A stretch of 39,454 nucleotides of DNA from an uncultured Mycoplasmatota bacterium (GCA_900552975.1 UWSL01000002.1:1-39454); one strand, 5' to 3'. Shown: positions 27,672-36,490, counted from the first letter of the stretch. Translations and numbers: made by a program. Notes: generated by a model from the letters alone, not told the origin.

Positions 27672-28567
27672 TTTACGATTTAATAATTGTAGGAATGGGA
27701 CCTGCTGGAGTTACAGCTTCAATATATGCTAAAAGGGCTGGTTTGAATATTTTATGTTTGGATAAAGGAATGATAGGTGGGTATCTAAACTTTATTGATA
27801 GGATTGATAATTATCCGGGGTGTTATAATGTAACAGGACCAGAATTAGCTTTTAATTTATATACACAAATTAAAAATCTGGAAATAAACTATAAAAATGA
27901 AGAAGTTATAGATGTTGTTGATGAGGCTGAAGAAAAAGTTGTTAAGACCTCAAAAAATGAATATAAATGTAAATATTTAATTATTGCAACAGGAAGAATT
28001 TCTAAAAAATTGGGGTTAGAAAATGAAGATGTTTTGCTGGGAAACGGGTTAAGTCATTGTGCTTTATGTGATGGATATTTATATAAAAACCAGGATGTAG
28101 CTGTTGTTGGTGGTGGCGAAAGTGCTTTAACTGAAGCTTTGTACTTAGCTAATATTTGTCATAATGTTTATTTAATTCATCGTAGTGAAAATTTTAAAGC
28201 TGCGGAAGATTTGATTGAACGAATTTTAAAAAAGCAAAATATTATTCTAAAAAAGAATAGAAAAATAAAAACATTAAATATAAAGGATAATAAGTTAGAT
28301 TCGTTGAGTCTTGATAATGGTGAAAAATTGAATGTGTCATGTTTGTTTTCATATATTGGATATGTTCCAGGAACTAATTTTGCAATTACATTAGGTTTAG
28401 CTGATAAAAATGGATATATAAAGGTTGATGAAAAATATGAAACAGAGCATTCGGGAATATATGCAATTGGAGATATTATAGAAAAAGAAATGTATCAAAT
28501 TGTTACAGCGAATGCTGAGGGAGCAATCGCAGCTAATGAAGTTATAAAAAGAATTAAAGCTAAATAA
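27668..28567 (+). CDS. trxB: Thioredoxin-reductase-like flavoprotein (TrxB family) with a non-canonical pyridine-nucleotide motif
   Basis: ATGA overlap with lgt. YDLIIVGMGPAGVTASIYAKRAGL (FAD GxGxxG), the redox CALCDG, GGGESALTEALYL, and GDI. It has HRSENFK where canonical enzymes have HRRDxFR. Confidence 0.8.
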   Translation: MIYDLIIVGMGPAGVTASIYAKRAGLNILCLDKGMIGGYLNFIDRIDNYPGCYNVTGPELAFNLYTQIKNLEINYKNEEVIDVVDEAEEKVVKTSKNEYKCKYLIIATGRISKKLGLENEDVLLGNGLSHCALCDGYLYKNQDVAVVGGGESALTEALYLANICHNVYLIHRSENFKAAEDLIERILKKQNIILKKNRKIKTLNIKDNKLDSLSLDNGEKLNVSCLFSYIGYVPGTNFAITLGLADKNGYIKVDEKYETEHSGIYAIGDIIEKEMYQIVTANAEGAIAANEVIKRIKAK

Positions 28568-28634
28568 TTCTTTTTTTATATATAATTGTCGAAATTTTTC
28601 CCTTTTTGTGTTAAATTATATTTGGTGATTTGAT

Positions 28635-28994
28635 ATGAGTAATCCTTTAGTTATGGCATATATGGGAGATACAATATATGAAGATTATGTAAGAGAATTT
28701 TTGATAAAAAAAGGATATGCTAAAATAGGCGAACTGCAAAAAGAAAGCTTGAATTATGTAAGCGCTACTAGTCAACGTAAACATTTGGAAAGATTAATTA
28801 ATGAAGGCTTTTTATCTGAACGAGAGATTGAAATAGTAAAATGGGGAAGAAATGCTAAAGGACCTCGTACCAAGAGTGCAGATATTGTTACTTATAGAAT
28901 GGCGACTGGTTTGGAAGCACTAATAGGACACTTGTATTTTGAAAAAGATAATAAACGTATAGAAGAAATAATGAATTATATTTTAGGAGAGTAG
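28635..28994 (+). CDS. mrnC: Mini-ribonuclease III
   Basis: LVMAYMGDTIYEDYVREFL and ATGLEALIGHLY (a single RNase III-like domain, ~120 aa). It occupies the conserved position before rlmB. Confidence 0.85.
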   Translation: MSNPLVMAYMGDTIYEDYVREFLIKKGYAKIGELQKESLNYVSATSQRKHLERLINEGFLSEREIEIVKWGRNAKGPRTKSADIVTYRMATGLEALIGHLYFEKDNKRIEEIMNYILGE

Positions 28995-28995
28995 T

Positions 28996-29679
28996 ATGAA
29001 GGTATTTGGAAAAAATGTTTTTAATGAAATGAAAAATGAGTTTAAATCTATTAAAAGAATTTATTTAGCTCGTAATTTTAATGATAATGATATTCTAAAT
29101 TTTATTAAAGATAAAAAGATTAGTTATTCTTTTATGGATATTAAAGCAATGGATAAAATGGTTGATGGAAAACATCAAGGAATTATTATGGTTGTTGATG
29201 ATTATAATTATGTTGATTATAAAAAAATGTTAAATGATAAAGTTGTTGTAATGCTTGATCATTTAGAAGATCCACACAATTTAGGAGCAATTATTAGAAC
29301 TTGTGAAGCAGCTGGAATTAAATCAGTAATAATTCCTAAAGATCGTAGTGTTGGAGTTACTAGTACTGTTATGAGGACTAGTAGTGGAGCTTTAGAATAT
29401 GTTGATGTGGCAATGGTTAATAATTTAGTAAATACAATTGAAGAATTTAAAAAAAATGGTTATTTTGTTTATGCGGCAGATATGGATGGAACTAATTATC
29501 GTGATGTTTCTTTTGCTGATAAAGTTTTACTAGTAATTGGAAGCGAAGGTAATGGAGTGGGAAGATTAGTCAAAAAATCTTGTGATCAAATTTTGGCAAT
29601 TCCACAATATGGTAGTGTTAATAGTCTAAATGCTTCTGTAGCAGCTGGTATTTTGATTTATGGTATTGTTAATAGGTAG
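28996..29679 (+). CDS. rlmB: 23S rRNA (guanosine-2'-O)-methyltransferase RlmB / TrmH (SpoU) family
   Basis: LDHLEDPHNLGAIIRTCEAAG, LVIGSEGNGV, and IPQYGSVNSLNASVAAGILIY (SpoU motifs 1-3). Confidence 0.85.
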   Translation: MKVFGKNVFNEMKNEFKSIKRIYLARNFNDNDILNFIKDKKISYSFMDIKAMDKMVDGKHQGIIMVVDDYNYVDYKKMLNDKVVVMLDHLEDPHNLGAIIRTCEAAGIKSVIIPKDRSVGVTSTVMRTSSGALEYVDVAMVNNLVNTIEEFKKNGYFVYAADMDGTNYRDVSFADKVLLVIGSEGNGVGRLVKKSCDQILAIPQYGSVNSLNASVAAGILIYGIVNR

Positions 29680-29685
29680 GTTATT

Positions 29686-30300
29686 ATGAATTATGAAAAT
29701 TATAGTGATGATTATTTATTACAAATGATTAATGAAAGTAGCGAGGAAGCTAAAGATGCTATTTTTGAAAAATATCGCTATATTATTGATATTGAAGTAA
29801 AAAAATATTTAAACATGGCATCAGTACTTGGATACGATTATAATGATTTATATCAAGACGCATTACTTGGTTTTGCTGATGCTTTAAATGGGTATCGAGA
29901 TGATCGAAATGCTTCGTTAGCAAGATTTATAACAGTTTGTGTTGATAGAAGACTACAACTTTCGATAAAAAAAGCAGGTCGTATTAAAAACAAATTGATT
30001 GCTGACTCTTTATCATTAGAATATACTTATGAACAATTTTCTTCACCATTACGTGATTTACTTAGTGATAATTCATTGAATGATCCGTTGGAACAAATTG
30101 TTAAAGATGAGAAAATGAAAGAGTTAGTATCTAAAATAAAAGATGCTTTGTCGGCAGCGGAGTATGAAGTTTATACTTTGATGATTAGTGGTTTGAATTA
30201 TAATGAAATTGCACTTATTTTGAATAAGACTCCGAAGCAAATTGATAATTCAATGCAACGAATAAAAACAAAAATAAAAAAGATCTTGGATGAAAGGTAG
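29686..30300 (+). CDS. sigH: Sigma-70 family sigma factor, SigH-like by sequence and position
   Basis: Region 2 (YNDLYQDALLGFADALNGY) and a region 4 HTH (NYNEIALILNKTPKQIDNSMQRIKTKI). It has the conserved Firmicutes position between rlmB and secE. Confidence 0.75.
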   Translation: MNYENYSDDYLLQMINESSEEAKDAIFEKYRYIIDIEVKKYLNMASVLGYDYNDLYQDALLGFADALNGYRDDRNASLARFITVCVDRRLQLSIKKAGRIKNKLIADSLSLEYTYEQFSSPLRDLLSDNSLNDPLEQIVKDEKMKELVSKIKDALSAAEYEVYTLMISGLNYNEIALILNKTPKQIDNSMQRIKTKIKKILDER

Positions 30301-30388
30301 TAAAATACTTGTATTTATAAAGGAAATGTGTTATTTTATTGGTAACACGAAAAGGTGTTTTTTTAATACAAAAAAATGAGGTGAACTT

Positions 30389-30724
30389 ATGGCACAAAAG
30401 CAAACAAAAAAAATGCTTGAAAAAGAAGAAATAGTAGAAGAAGATGTTGCTTCTGAAGTCGAAGAAGCGGCTTTAGAAGAACAAGAAGAAGTAAGAGAAG
30501 TAAAAGAGGATAAAAAGAAAGAAAAGAAAAATAAAAAAGAGTCTTCAACTAAAGGTGATGGATATTTTAAATCATTAAATAAAGAGTTGAAAAAAGTTGT
30601 ATGGCCTAAGGGTGGAGAAGTTTTGAAATCAACTATTGCAGTAATAGTAATATGTTTGGTTTTAATAGGTTTCTTTGAATTAACTCAGTTATTAGTAGCA
30701 TTTGTGAAAGGATTGTTTGTATAA
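30389..30724 (+). CDS. secE: Preprotein translocase subunit SecE with a ~59-aa charged N-terminal extension
   Basis: The C-terminal ~52 aa, FKSLNKELKKVVWPKGGEVLKSTIAVIVICLVLIGFF, form the SecE core and TM helix. It lies directly upstream of nusG with a start/stop overlap. Confidence 0.85.
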   Translation: MAQKQTKKMLEKEEIVEEDVASEVEEAALEEQEEVREVKEDKKKEKKNKKESSTKGDGYFKSLNKELKKVVWPKGGEVLKSTIAVIVICLVLIGFFELTQLLVAFVKGLFV

Positions 30725-31263
30725 TGGAAAAAGAATGGTATGTTGTTAATACTTATAGTGGTCATGAATCAAAAGTAAAAGAAAAATTGGAATCAAGAGC
30801 AGTCTCAATGGGAATGCAGGATCATATTTTTAGAGTAATAATTCCTGAAACTACAGAAGTAGAAGTGAAAGACGGCGTAAAGAAAGAAAAAGTAAAAAAA
30901 ATGTTTCCTGGTTATGTTTTAGTAGAAATGATCATGTCAGATGAAGCTTGGTATATTGTACGTAATACTCCAGGAGTAACAGGATTTATAGGTTCATCAG
31001 GACATAAAGCCAAACCTACGCCATTGATGCCTCAAGAAATAGATCATATTTTGGCTACGATGGGTATGAGTAGAGTTGATATTGAGTCTGAAATGACTGT
31101 TGGATGTAAAGTAACAATAATTGATGGTCCATTCAAAGGAATGACAGGAACTGTTGATAGTATTGATACTGAAAATAATAGATTAAATGTTTTAATAGAT
31201 TTATTTGGACAAGAAACACCTGTTGAAGTTGAATTATTTCAAGTTAATAAAATACAAGAATAA
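30724..31263 (+). CDS. nusG: Transcription termination/antitermination factor NusG
   Basis: WYVVNTYSGHESKVKEKLE, FPGYVLVEM, and the KOW motif (GPFKGMTGTV). Confidence 0.95.
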   Translation: MEKEWYVVNTYSGHESKVKEKLESRAVSMGMQDHIFRVIIPETTEVEVKDGVKKEKVKKMFPGYVLVEMIMSDEAWYIVRNTPGVTGFIGSSGHKAKPTPLMPQEIDHILATMGMSRVDIESEMTVGCKVTIIDGPFKGMTGTVDSIDTENNRLNVLIDLFGQETPVEVELFQVNKIQE

Positions 31264-31288
31264 GCTTTGGAGACAAAGCTTTTTTTGA
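31262..31288 (+). terminator. nusG terminator
   Basis: AAGCTTTG-gaga-CAAAGCTT perfect 8-bp stem followed by T7. Confidence 0.75.
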
Positions 31289-31313
31289 CTTTTAGTATCT
31301 CATTTAATATAAT
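31285..31313 (+). promoter_or_regulatory. Near-consensus sigma-A promoter of the 996-aa ORF
   Basis: TTGACT (31285-31290), 17-nt spacer, TATAAT (31308-31313). Confidence 0.65.
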
Positions 31314-31346
31314 ACGTGCTGAGTTTTAAGAAACAGGGGGAAGCTT

Positions 31347-34337
31347 ATGTATGGATGTGAAATTTATCGAAAAGATTGCAATGAAATATTAAAAGAATAT
31401 CAAAATAAGGTAAATGCAGGTCAAAGGAATTATGCTAAAAGAGATTTATTGTTAGTAAGAAATGCATATAAAACTCTTGAGATTATAGAAAACCCTTTAT
31501 TAAATTTTAACCAGTATTTTCAATATATAGAAAGTTTAAATTTAAATCAAGAAGAATATCGTAAATTGATGCGCAATAAAATGTTTCCCATGGGTGGTTC
31601 AATTAAAGCGTGGATTGTTACTATTTTTGAATTTTGTCAAAATGGTAAAATAAAAGATCAGGAAATTGTTTATAAAGTTTTTTCTATATATCAAAAGGTT
31701 GTAATGGATCAGATTGATGATCTGGCTAGTTCTTTAATGAGATTATCTTTTTTACTAGGATATAATGATGAACAATTGGCTGCGTTTTTACATATTAAAT
31801 TGTTTATGCTTCAGAAATTAAAAAAAAGAAAAGAGCCTTTGAAGGAACGAATTTTTAATAAAATATTAGAAGCGGAGAAAGAGTATGATAAAAATGTCTT
31901 TGAAGATTGGCAATTGTTAGAAATAGAAAATTTTTTTCTAAAATTAAAAAAATGTGATTATGAAAAAAGGATACACAAAGAAAAAAAAGTTTCTAAAAAA
32001 ATTGAGAAATCTAGAGTTAAACAAAAAGAAATTACTTTTCAAAATTGGTTGAAAATTAATGGTGTTGTTGAGTTACGTGCAAAATGTTTAGAGATTAAAG
32101 AATATTTAAAGCGAAATGACGTTGATCGAATTACTAATGATGTTAAATTTCTAGATGGAACATATATGAACCCTTTATTACGAAAATTTATTCATTTTAA
32201 TAATTCTGCTTCACTTGATGTTCCGTTAGAAGTAAAAGAATATTTATCTAGAGAATTAGCTGAAATTATTGAATTGTTTTTTAAAAATAAAAATAATAAA
32301 TTAAATAAAAATAGTAATTTAAATTATGGTTTAGCATTAGATAAAGTTTTGTTTAGTTTTGATATATCTTATATTGCTTTTTTTGAACATACCCAAATTC
32401 CAATGAGTGTTATAAGTGGAATATGTCGAAATGAATTTTTTCCATCAGCAGAGCTTGTTATGAAAATAATTGCTTTATTAAATGATCTTAGTTTCTTACC
32501 TTTAGATGATTATCAATCTGTTATATTAAAAGAAGCCAAAGAAATTTACGGAGAATTGTACCTTGAAGTTTATGGTAAGAAAAATAAAGAAATTAATAGT
32601 TATGTGTTGTATTCTAAAGAAAAGCTTTTAATTTTTGAAGAAAAGATACAAGGCGTTGATTTAATCATACTTAATTCTGTTAAGAAAAATAAGTTTGATT
32701 GGTATTTAAAATGGTTAACGTTTTATTATATATGTGAGGTAGAAGAAAGAAAACCGAACAAAAATGAATATTTTTATGATGGAACAATAATTTTTAAATG
32801 GATTTTTACTCAAAAAAATACTTTAGATAAAAGTAATTATTGCTTAGAGTTATCTAAAGATCAAATGTTTTTGTTAGACATGTTAATGGAAAAAGTTGAT
32901 GAATTAAATTATAAAAAACATAATGTTGATGAGTTAAAAATTATTGAAAATTTTGATTCCATTATTAATGAATATACTGAAAGAATTAAAAATGGTGAAG
33001 ATTTATTAACAACTTTGAATAATGATACTTCTACTATTTGGAATTTGTTACGTAAGATGATTTTTATGGGAAATTGGTTTAATGATGAACAAATTTTAAA
33101 AGTTAAACAACTTAGAAATATGGCGATTGTTAATCATTATGGATACAATAGAATGAATGGAATAAAATACGAAGAAAGTTTTGGATTTAGATTAATTTCT
33201 TTAATGGATTCTTTTAATATTTCAATAGTAGAGTTTGCTAAAATGGTAGATTGCTCTGTGCCTTCAATAACATCGTATCGCCGTAATGATTCTATTCCAT
33301 CTGTTGAAATTATAAAGAAAATGAAAAATGTGATTTTACAATTGCAAATGCAAGCAATTAATATTGATCAACAACAAGAAATTATAGTTTTTGAAAGTTT
33401 TTTAAATAAAGTAGCTTATGATAAAAAAACGAGAACTAATGGTCAGGATAAAAATAATTATTTGCAATCTTTTGATAAGTATGTTTACAGAAAAACAGGA
33501 AATGTTTATTTAGATATTGAAAAAGGTATTTTAACTAAAGTGAAAGAAAATAACGTTGATTGGTATAATGATTTCTTGATAGTTTGGGAAGCTTTAAAAA
33601 ATAGTGATACTTCTTTGTATGATGGTAATAAAGGATATTTAAATAAATTTGGATGGTATTTAGATGCAATGCGAGATTTAAATCATGATAAATTAAGCTA
33701 TGAACAAATTGTTCTTCTTAAATATTTAACTATAACTGAAGAAAAAAATAAATTTAAATTTTTAAAAGCTAAAGTAAAAAAAAGAATTAATGAAGTAGAA
33801 TATTTTATAGACGTAAATGGTAGACTTCCGAAAAATGGCGAGGTTGAATTAGATGATCATATAGATGCATATTTATTTTACCGTGATTTGAGAGATAAAT
33901 ATTGGGGATTTCTTCCTACTAGGTATAGATGGTTTGATGATGAAATGTTTGTTATGACTAAGGAATTACTTGTTAAAGTGAATAAACTTGAATATGGATT
34001 AGAAAATAAAGATGATTATAAAGAAAATAATAACTACTATATTGGTAATTTTTTAAATTATTTACGTATCAGTTTAGGTTTTTCTAATAGAGTTTTACCT
34101 AGTATATTGAATTTACCACGCGAAATTGTTACAAAAATTTATAAAAATGAAATACCTTTAAATTTAGAGTATCTTACTTTTCTTTTAAAATATTTTGGTG
34201 ATTTTACAAAAAATGATTTACGTAGAGATCAATTGGTTGATATTGATAATTTTTATAAATTTATAAATACCTTGAATACTAGAAAAAATAACGAATTAAA
34301 TTTGAGTTTGGTGTATTCGCCAGAAGAAGAAAATTAA
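31347..34337 (+). CDS. Large (996 aa) uncharacterised protein with four degenerate XRE/Cro-type HTH modules alternating with helicase-associated-domain-like helical modules
   Basis: GGGGGAAG RBS. HTH_3-like segments: aa ~125-175 (LASSLMRLSFLLGYNDEQLAAFL); ~327-380 (YGLALDKVLFSFDISYIAFFEHTQIPMSVISGICRNEFFPSAELVMKII); ~612-665 (FGFRLISLMDSFNISIVEFAKMVDCSVPSITSYRRNDSIPSVEIIKKM); ~899-950 (IGNFLNYLRISLGFSNRVLPSILNLPREIVTKIYKNEIPLNLEYL). W/Y-rich modules include KFDWYLKWL...LSKDQMFLLDML and VDWYNDFLIVWEAL...FGWYLDAMR...LSYEQIVLLKYL. Confidence 0.75.
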   Translation: MYGCEIYRKDCNEILKEYQNKVNAGQRNYAKRDLLLVRNAYKTLEIIENPLLNFNQYFQYIESLNLNQEEYRKLMRNKMFPMGGSIKAWIVTIFEFCQNGKIKDQEIVYKVFSIYQKVVMDQIDDLASSLMRLSFLLGYNDEQLAAFLHIKLFMLQKLKKRKEPLKERIFNKILEAEKEYDKNVFEDWQLLEIENFFLKLKKCDYEKRIHKEKKVSKKIEKSRVKQKEITFQNWLKINGVVELRAKCLEIKEYLKRNDVDRITNDVKFLDGTYMNPLLRKFIHFNNSASLDVPLEVKEYLSRELAEIIELFFKNKNNKLNKNSNLNYGLALDKVLFSFDISYIAFFEHTQIPMSVISGICRNEFFPSAELVMKIIALLNDLSFLPLDDYQSVILKEAKEIYGELYLEVYGKKNKEINSYVLYSKEKLLIFEEKIQGVDLIILNSVKKNKFDWYLKWLTFYYICEVEERKPNKNEYFYDGTIIFKWIFTQKNTLDKSNYCLELSKDQMFLLDMLMEKVDELNYKKHNVDELKIIENFDSIINEYTERIKNGEDLLTTLNNDTSTIWNLLRKMIFMGNWFNDEQILKVKQLRNMAIVNHYGYNRMNGIKYEESFGFRLISLMDSFNISIVEFAKMVDCSVPSITSYRRNDSIPSVEIIKKMKNVILQLQMQAINIDQQQEIIVFESFLNKVAYDKKTRTNGQDKNNYLQSFDKYVYRKTGNVYLDIEKGILTKVKENNVDWYNDFLIVWEALKNSDTSLYDGNKGYLNKFGWYLDAMRDLNHDKLSYEQIVLLKYLTITEEKNKFKFLKAKVKKRINEVEYFIDVNGRLPKNGEVELDDHIDAYLFYRDLRDKYWGFLPTRYRWFDDEMFVMTKELLVKVNKLEYGLENKDDYKENNNYYIGNFLNYLRISLGFSNRVLPSILNLPREIVTKIYKNEIPLNLEYLTFLLKYFGDFTKNDLRRDQLVDIDNFYKFINTLNTRKNNELNLSLVYSPEEEN

Positions 34338-34347
34338 TAAAAAAATC

Positions 34348-34376
34348 TTGCATTTATTAATATAGTGTGTTAGTAT
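34348..34376 (+). promoter_or_regulatory. rplK-rplA promoter (extended -10)
   Basis: TTGCAT (34348-34353), 17-nt spacer, TGtTAGTAT (-10 at 34371-34376). Confidence 0.55.
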
Positions 34377-34486
34377 CTTAGGTGCAATTATGTATATTTG
34401 TATATATGTGATTAGCTTAAGTGGGAGGGAATAGCGGATTGCCCTATACCACTTTCGCGAAAAAAATTTTTTAGGAGGTGTTTTTC

Positions 34487-35065
34487 GTGGCAAAAGAAGT
34501 CGTAAAGAAAATTAAATTACAAATTCCTGCTGCAAAAGCAACACCAGCACCACCTGTAGGAACTGTTTTAGGACCTGCTGGAATTAATCTAGGTGAATTT
34601 TGTACAAAATTCAATGATGCTACAAAGGATAAAGCTGGAGATATCGTTCCAGTAGAAATCAGCATTTATGATGATAGAAGCTTTGATTTCGTACTAAAAA
34701 CTCCACCAGCTGGTTTCTTAATAAAGAAAGCTGCAAAAATTCAAAAAGGAAGCACAAAAGGTGCCAACGAAGTTGTTGCAACAATTACTGTTGATGAATT
34801 AAGAAAAATTGCAGAAACTAAGTTGCCTGATTTAAATGCATATGATGTAGAATCAGCAATGAAAACTATTGAGGGAACTGCAAGAAATATGGGTGTAGCT
34901 GTTAAAGGATTAAATGATGCTGAGTTAGCAGAACAAGAAAAAGAAGCTAAAGAAGAAGAGATTAAAGAAGCTAAGAGAGAAGCTGAATTAGAAAAACTTG
35001 AAGCTGAAGTAAATGAATCTCACGAAGTAGAAGTAATTAACGAAAATAAAGAAACAGAAGAATAA
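34487..35065 (+). CDS. rplK: 50S ribosomal protein L11 with a 51-aa Glu/Lys-rich C-terminal extension
   Basis: GTG at 34487 lies 8 nt after AGGAGG and gives [25 protein letters not shown], the canonical L11 start; the track start at 34478 lies inside the RBS. The conserved body is 141 aa, followed by [17 protein letters not shown]...NKETEE. Confidence 0.93.
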   Translation: MAKEVVKKIKLQIPAAKATPAPPVGTVLGPAGINLGEFCTKFNDATKDKAGDIVPVEISIYDDRSFDFVLKTPPAGFLIKKAAKIQKGSTKGANEVVATITVDELRKIAETKLPDLNAYDVESAMKTIEGTARNMGVAVKGLNDAELAEQEKEAKEEEIKEAKREAELEKLEAEVNESHEVEVINENKETEE

Positions 35066-35134
35066 TTTATAATATAAGATTATAAATTGATATAAAAAAA
35101 GTCCGCTAATAAACCACAATTAGGAGGTAAAATA

Positions 35135-35833
35135 ATGAGAAAGTTAGGTAAAAAGTATGTGGAAGCTTCTAAAAAAGTAGATAAGAATACTCTTTATACT
35201 AAAGAAGAAGCAATTAAATTAGTCAAAGAAACTGCCATAACTAATTTTGATAGTACTGTTGAAGTAGCTTTTAAATTAAACTTAGATACTAAAAAAGCTG
35301 ATCAACAATTAAGAGGATCTATGGTATTACCTAATGGAACTGGAAAAACTAAAAAAGTATTAGTAATTGCTAAGGGAGAAGCTGCTGAAGCTGCTCGTAA
35401 AGCAGGTGCTGATTATGTTGGCGATACTGACATGATAGAAAAAATCCAAAATGAAAACTGGTTTGACTATGATGTTATTGTTGCTACTCCAGACATGATG
35501 GCTCAATTAGGTAAAATTGGTCGTGTTTTAGGACCTAAAGGTTTAATGCCAAACCCTAAAACTGGTACAGTTACTATGAATACTCAAAAAGCAGTTGAAG
35601 ACATTAAAAAAGGTATGGTTAGTTATAAAACTGATTCTTATGGAAATGTACATTCAGTTATTGGTAAAGTTTCATTTGATGATGCTAAATTAATCGAAAA
35701 CTTAAATTATGTTGTAAATACAATTAATAAAGCAAAACCAGCTGTTGTAAAAGGAAAATATATTGAAAATATTTCAATTTCTAGTACAATGGGACCTGGC
35801 ATAAAAATTGACAAAAATTCTTTTGACATTTAA
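35135..35833 (+). CDS. rplA: 50S ribosomal protein L1
   Basis: [43 protein letters not shown], and [22 protein letters not shown]. Confidence 0.97.
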   Translation: MRKLGKKYVEASKKVDKNTLYTKEEAIKLVKETAITNFDSTVEVAFKLNLDTKKADQQLRGSMVLPNGTGKTKKVLVIAKGEAAEAARKAGADYVGDTDMIEKIQNENWFDYDVIVATPDMMAQLGKIGRVLGPKGLMPNPKTGTVTMNTQKAVEDIKKGMVSYKTDSYGNVHSVIGKVSFDDAKLIENLNYVVNTINKAKPAVVKGKYIENISISSTMGPGIKIDKNSFDI

Positions 35834-35851
35834 TTGTTGATAGAATATAAT
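35823..35851 (+). promoter_or_regulatory. Consensus sigma-A promoter of rplJ-rplL
   Basis: TTGACA (35823-35828), 17-nt spacer, TATAAT (35846-35851). It overlaps the rplA stop codon. Confidence 0.7.
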
Positions 35852-35857
35852 AAATTT

Positions 35858-35976
35858 GTTGAAAAAAAGCGTTTTCCAAAGACAGCAAGTACAAAATAAA
35901 TCTTGCCGAGGATACTTATTTTATAACATTTTGAAATGTTGTATTTTAAGCTTTTCCTTGGGGGAAAAGCTTTTTT
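35858..35976 (+). promoter_or_regulatory. Ribosomal protein L10 leader (autoregulatory attenuator) with a terminator hairpin
   Basis: AAAGACAGCAAG...CTTGCCGAGG resembles the conserved L10(L12)4-binding core of Firmicutes rplJ leaders. It is followed by the hairpin AAGCTTTTCC-ttggg-GGAAAAGCTT (35948-35972) plus T-run (T6, 35971-35976, overlapping the stem end), just before the rplJ RBS. Confidence 0.6.
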
Positions 35977-35998
35977 AAAATCCTAAAGGAGGGAAAAA

Positions 35999-36490
35999 AT
36001 GGCAAGTTCAAAAATTTTAGAAGCTAAGAAGTCAATCGTTTCAGAAATTCAAGACAATGTAAAAAATAGCGAATCTGTTATATTATTTACTTATCAAGGT
36101 TTAAGTGTTTCTGATATGAGTGAATTAAGAAGAGAACTAAGAAACATTGATAGCGAAATTAAAGTTTATAAAAATACTTTAGTAAAAAGAGCTTTGAATG
36201 AATTAGATTTAAACTTAGATGAGTTCTTAGAAGGTCCAAATGCAATTCTTTTTGGAAAAGATTTGTTAGAACCAATTAAAGTTTTATCAAAATTTGCTAA
36301 AGATCATGATAAAGCTGAAATTAGAGTAGGTATTATTAGTGGTGCTAAAGCAGATTTAGATACAATTAAAGAATATGCGGCAATTCCATCAAGAGAAGGC
36401 TTACTTACTATGTTGGCTGGTGGAATGATTCAATATGTTAGAGATTTAGCTATTGGTCTTAATATGTATGCTGAACAATTAGAAAAATAA
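35999..36490 (+). CDS. rplJ: 50S ribosomal protein L10
   Basis: GGAGGG RBS. The typical L10 sequence (FTYQGLSVSDMSELRRELR, KVYKNTL) in the position before rplL. Confidence 0.95.
   Translation: MASSKILEAKKSIVSEIQDNVKNSESVILFTYQGLSVSDMSELRRELRNIDSEIKVYKNTLVKRALNELDLNLDEFLEGPNAILFGKDLLEPIKVLSKFAKDHDKAEIRVGIISGAKADLDTIKEYAAIPSREGLLTMLAGGMIQYVRDLAIGLNMYAEQLEK

Noticed and set aside
28586-28617. Promoter upstream of mrnC (TTGTCG ... TGtTAAATT)
   Set aside because: The spacing between the candidate -35 and any -10-like hexamer is 19-20 nt, outside the functional range. It was left unannotated.
30309-30366. Possible promoter TTGTAT-N17-TGtTATTTT (30309-30337) followed by the hairpin AACAC-gaaaag-GTGTT plus T7 (30344-30366) between sigH and secE
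   Set aside because: The promoter and the terminator-like hairpin are mutually awkward, because a promoter directly upstream of a terminator would abort its own transcript. The stem is only 5 bp. I cannot decide from sequence which of the two, if either, is functional.
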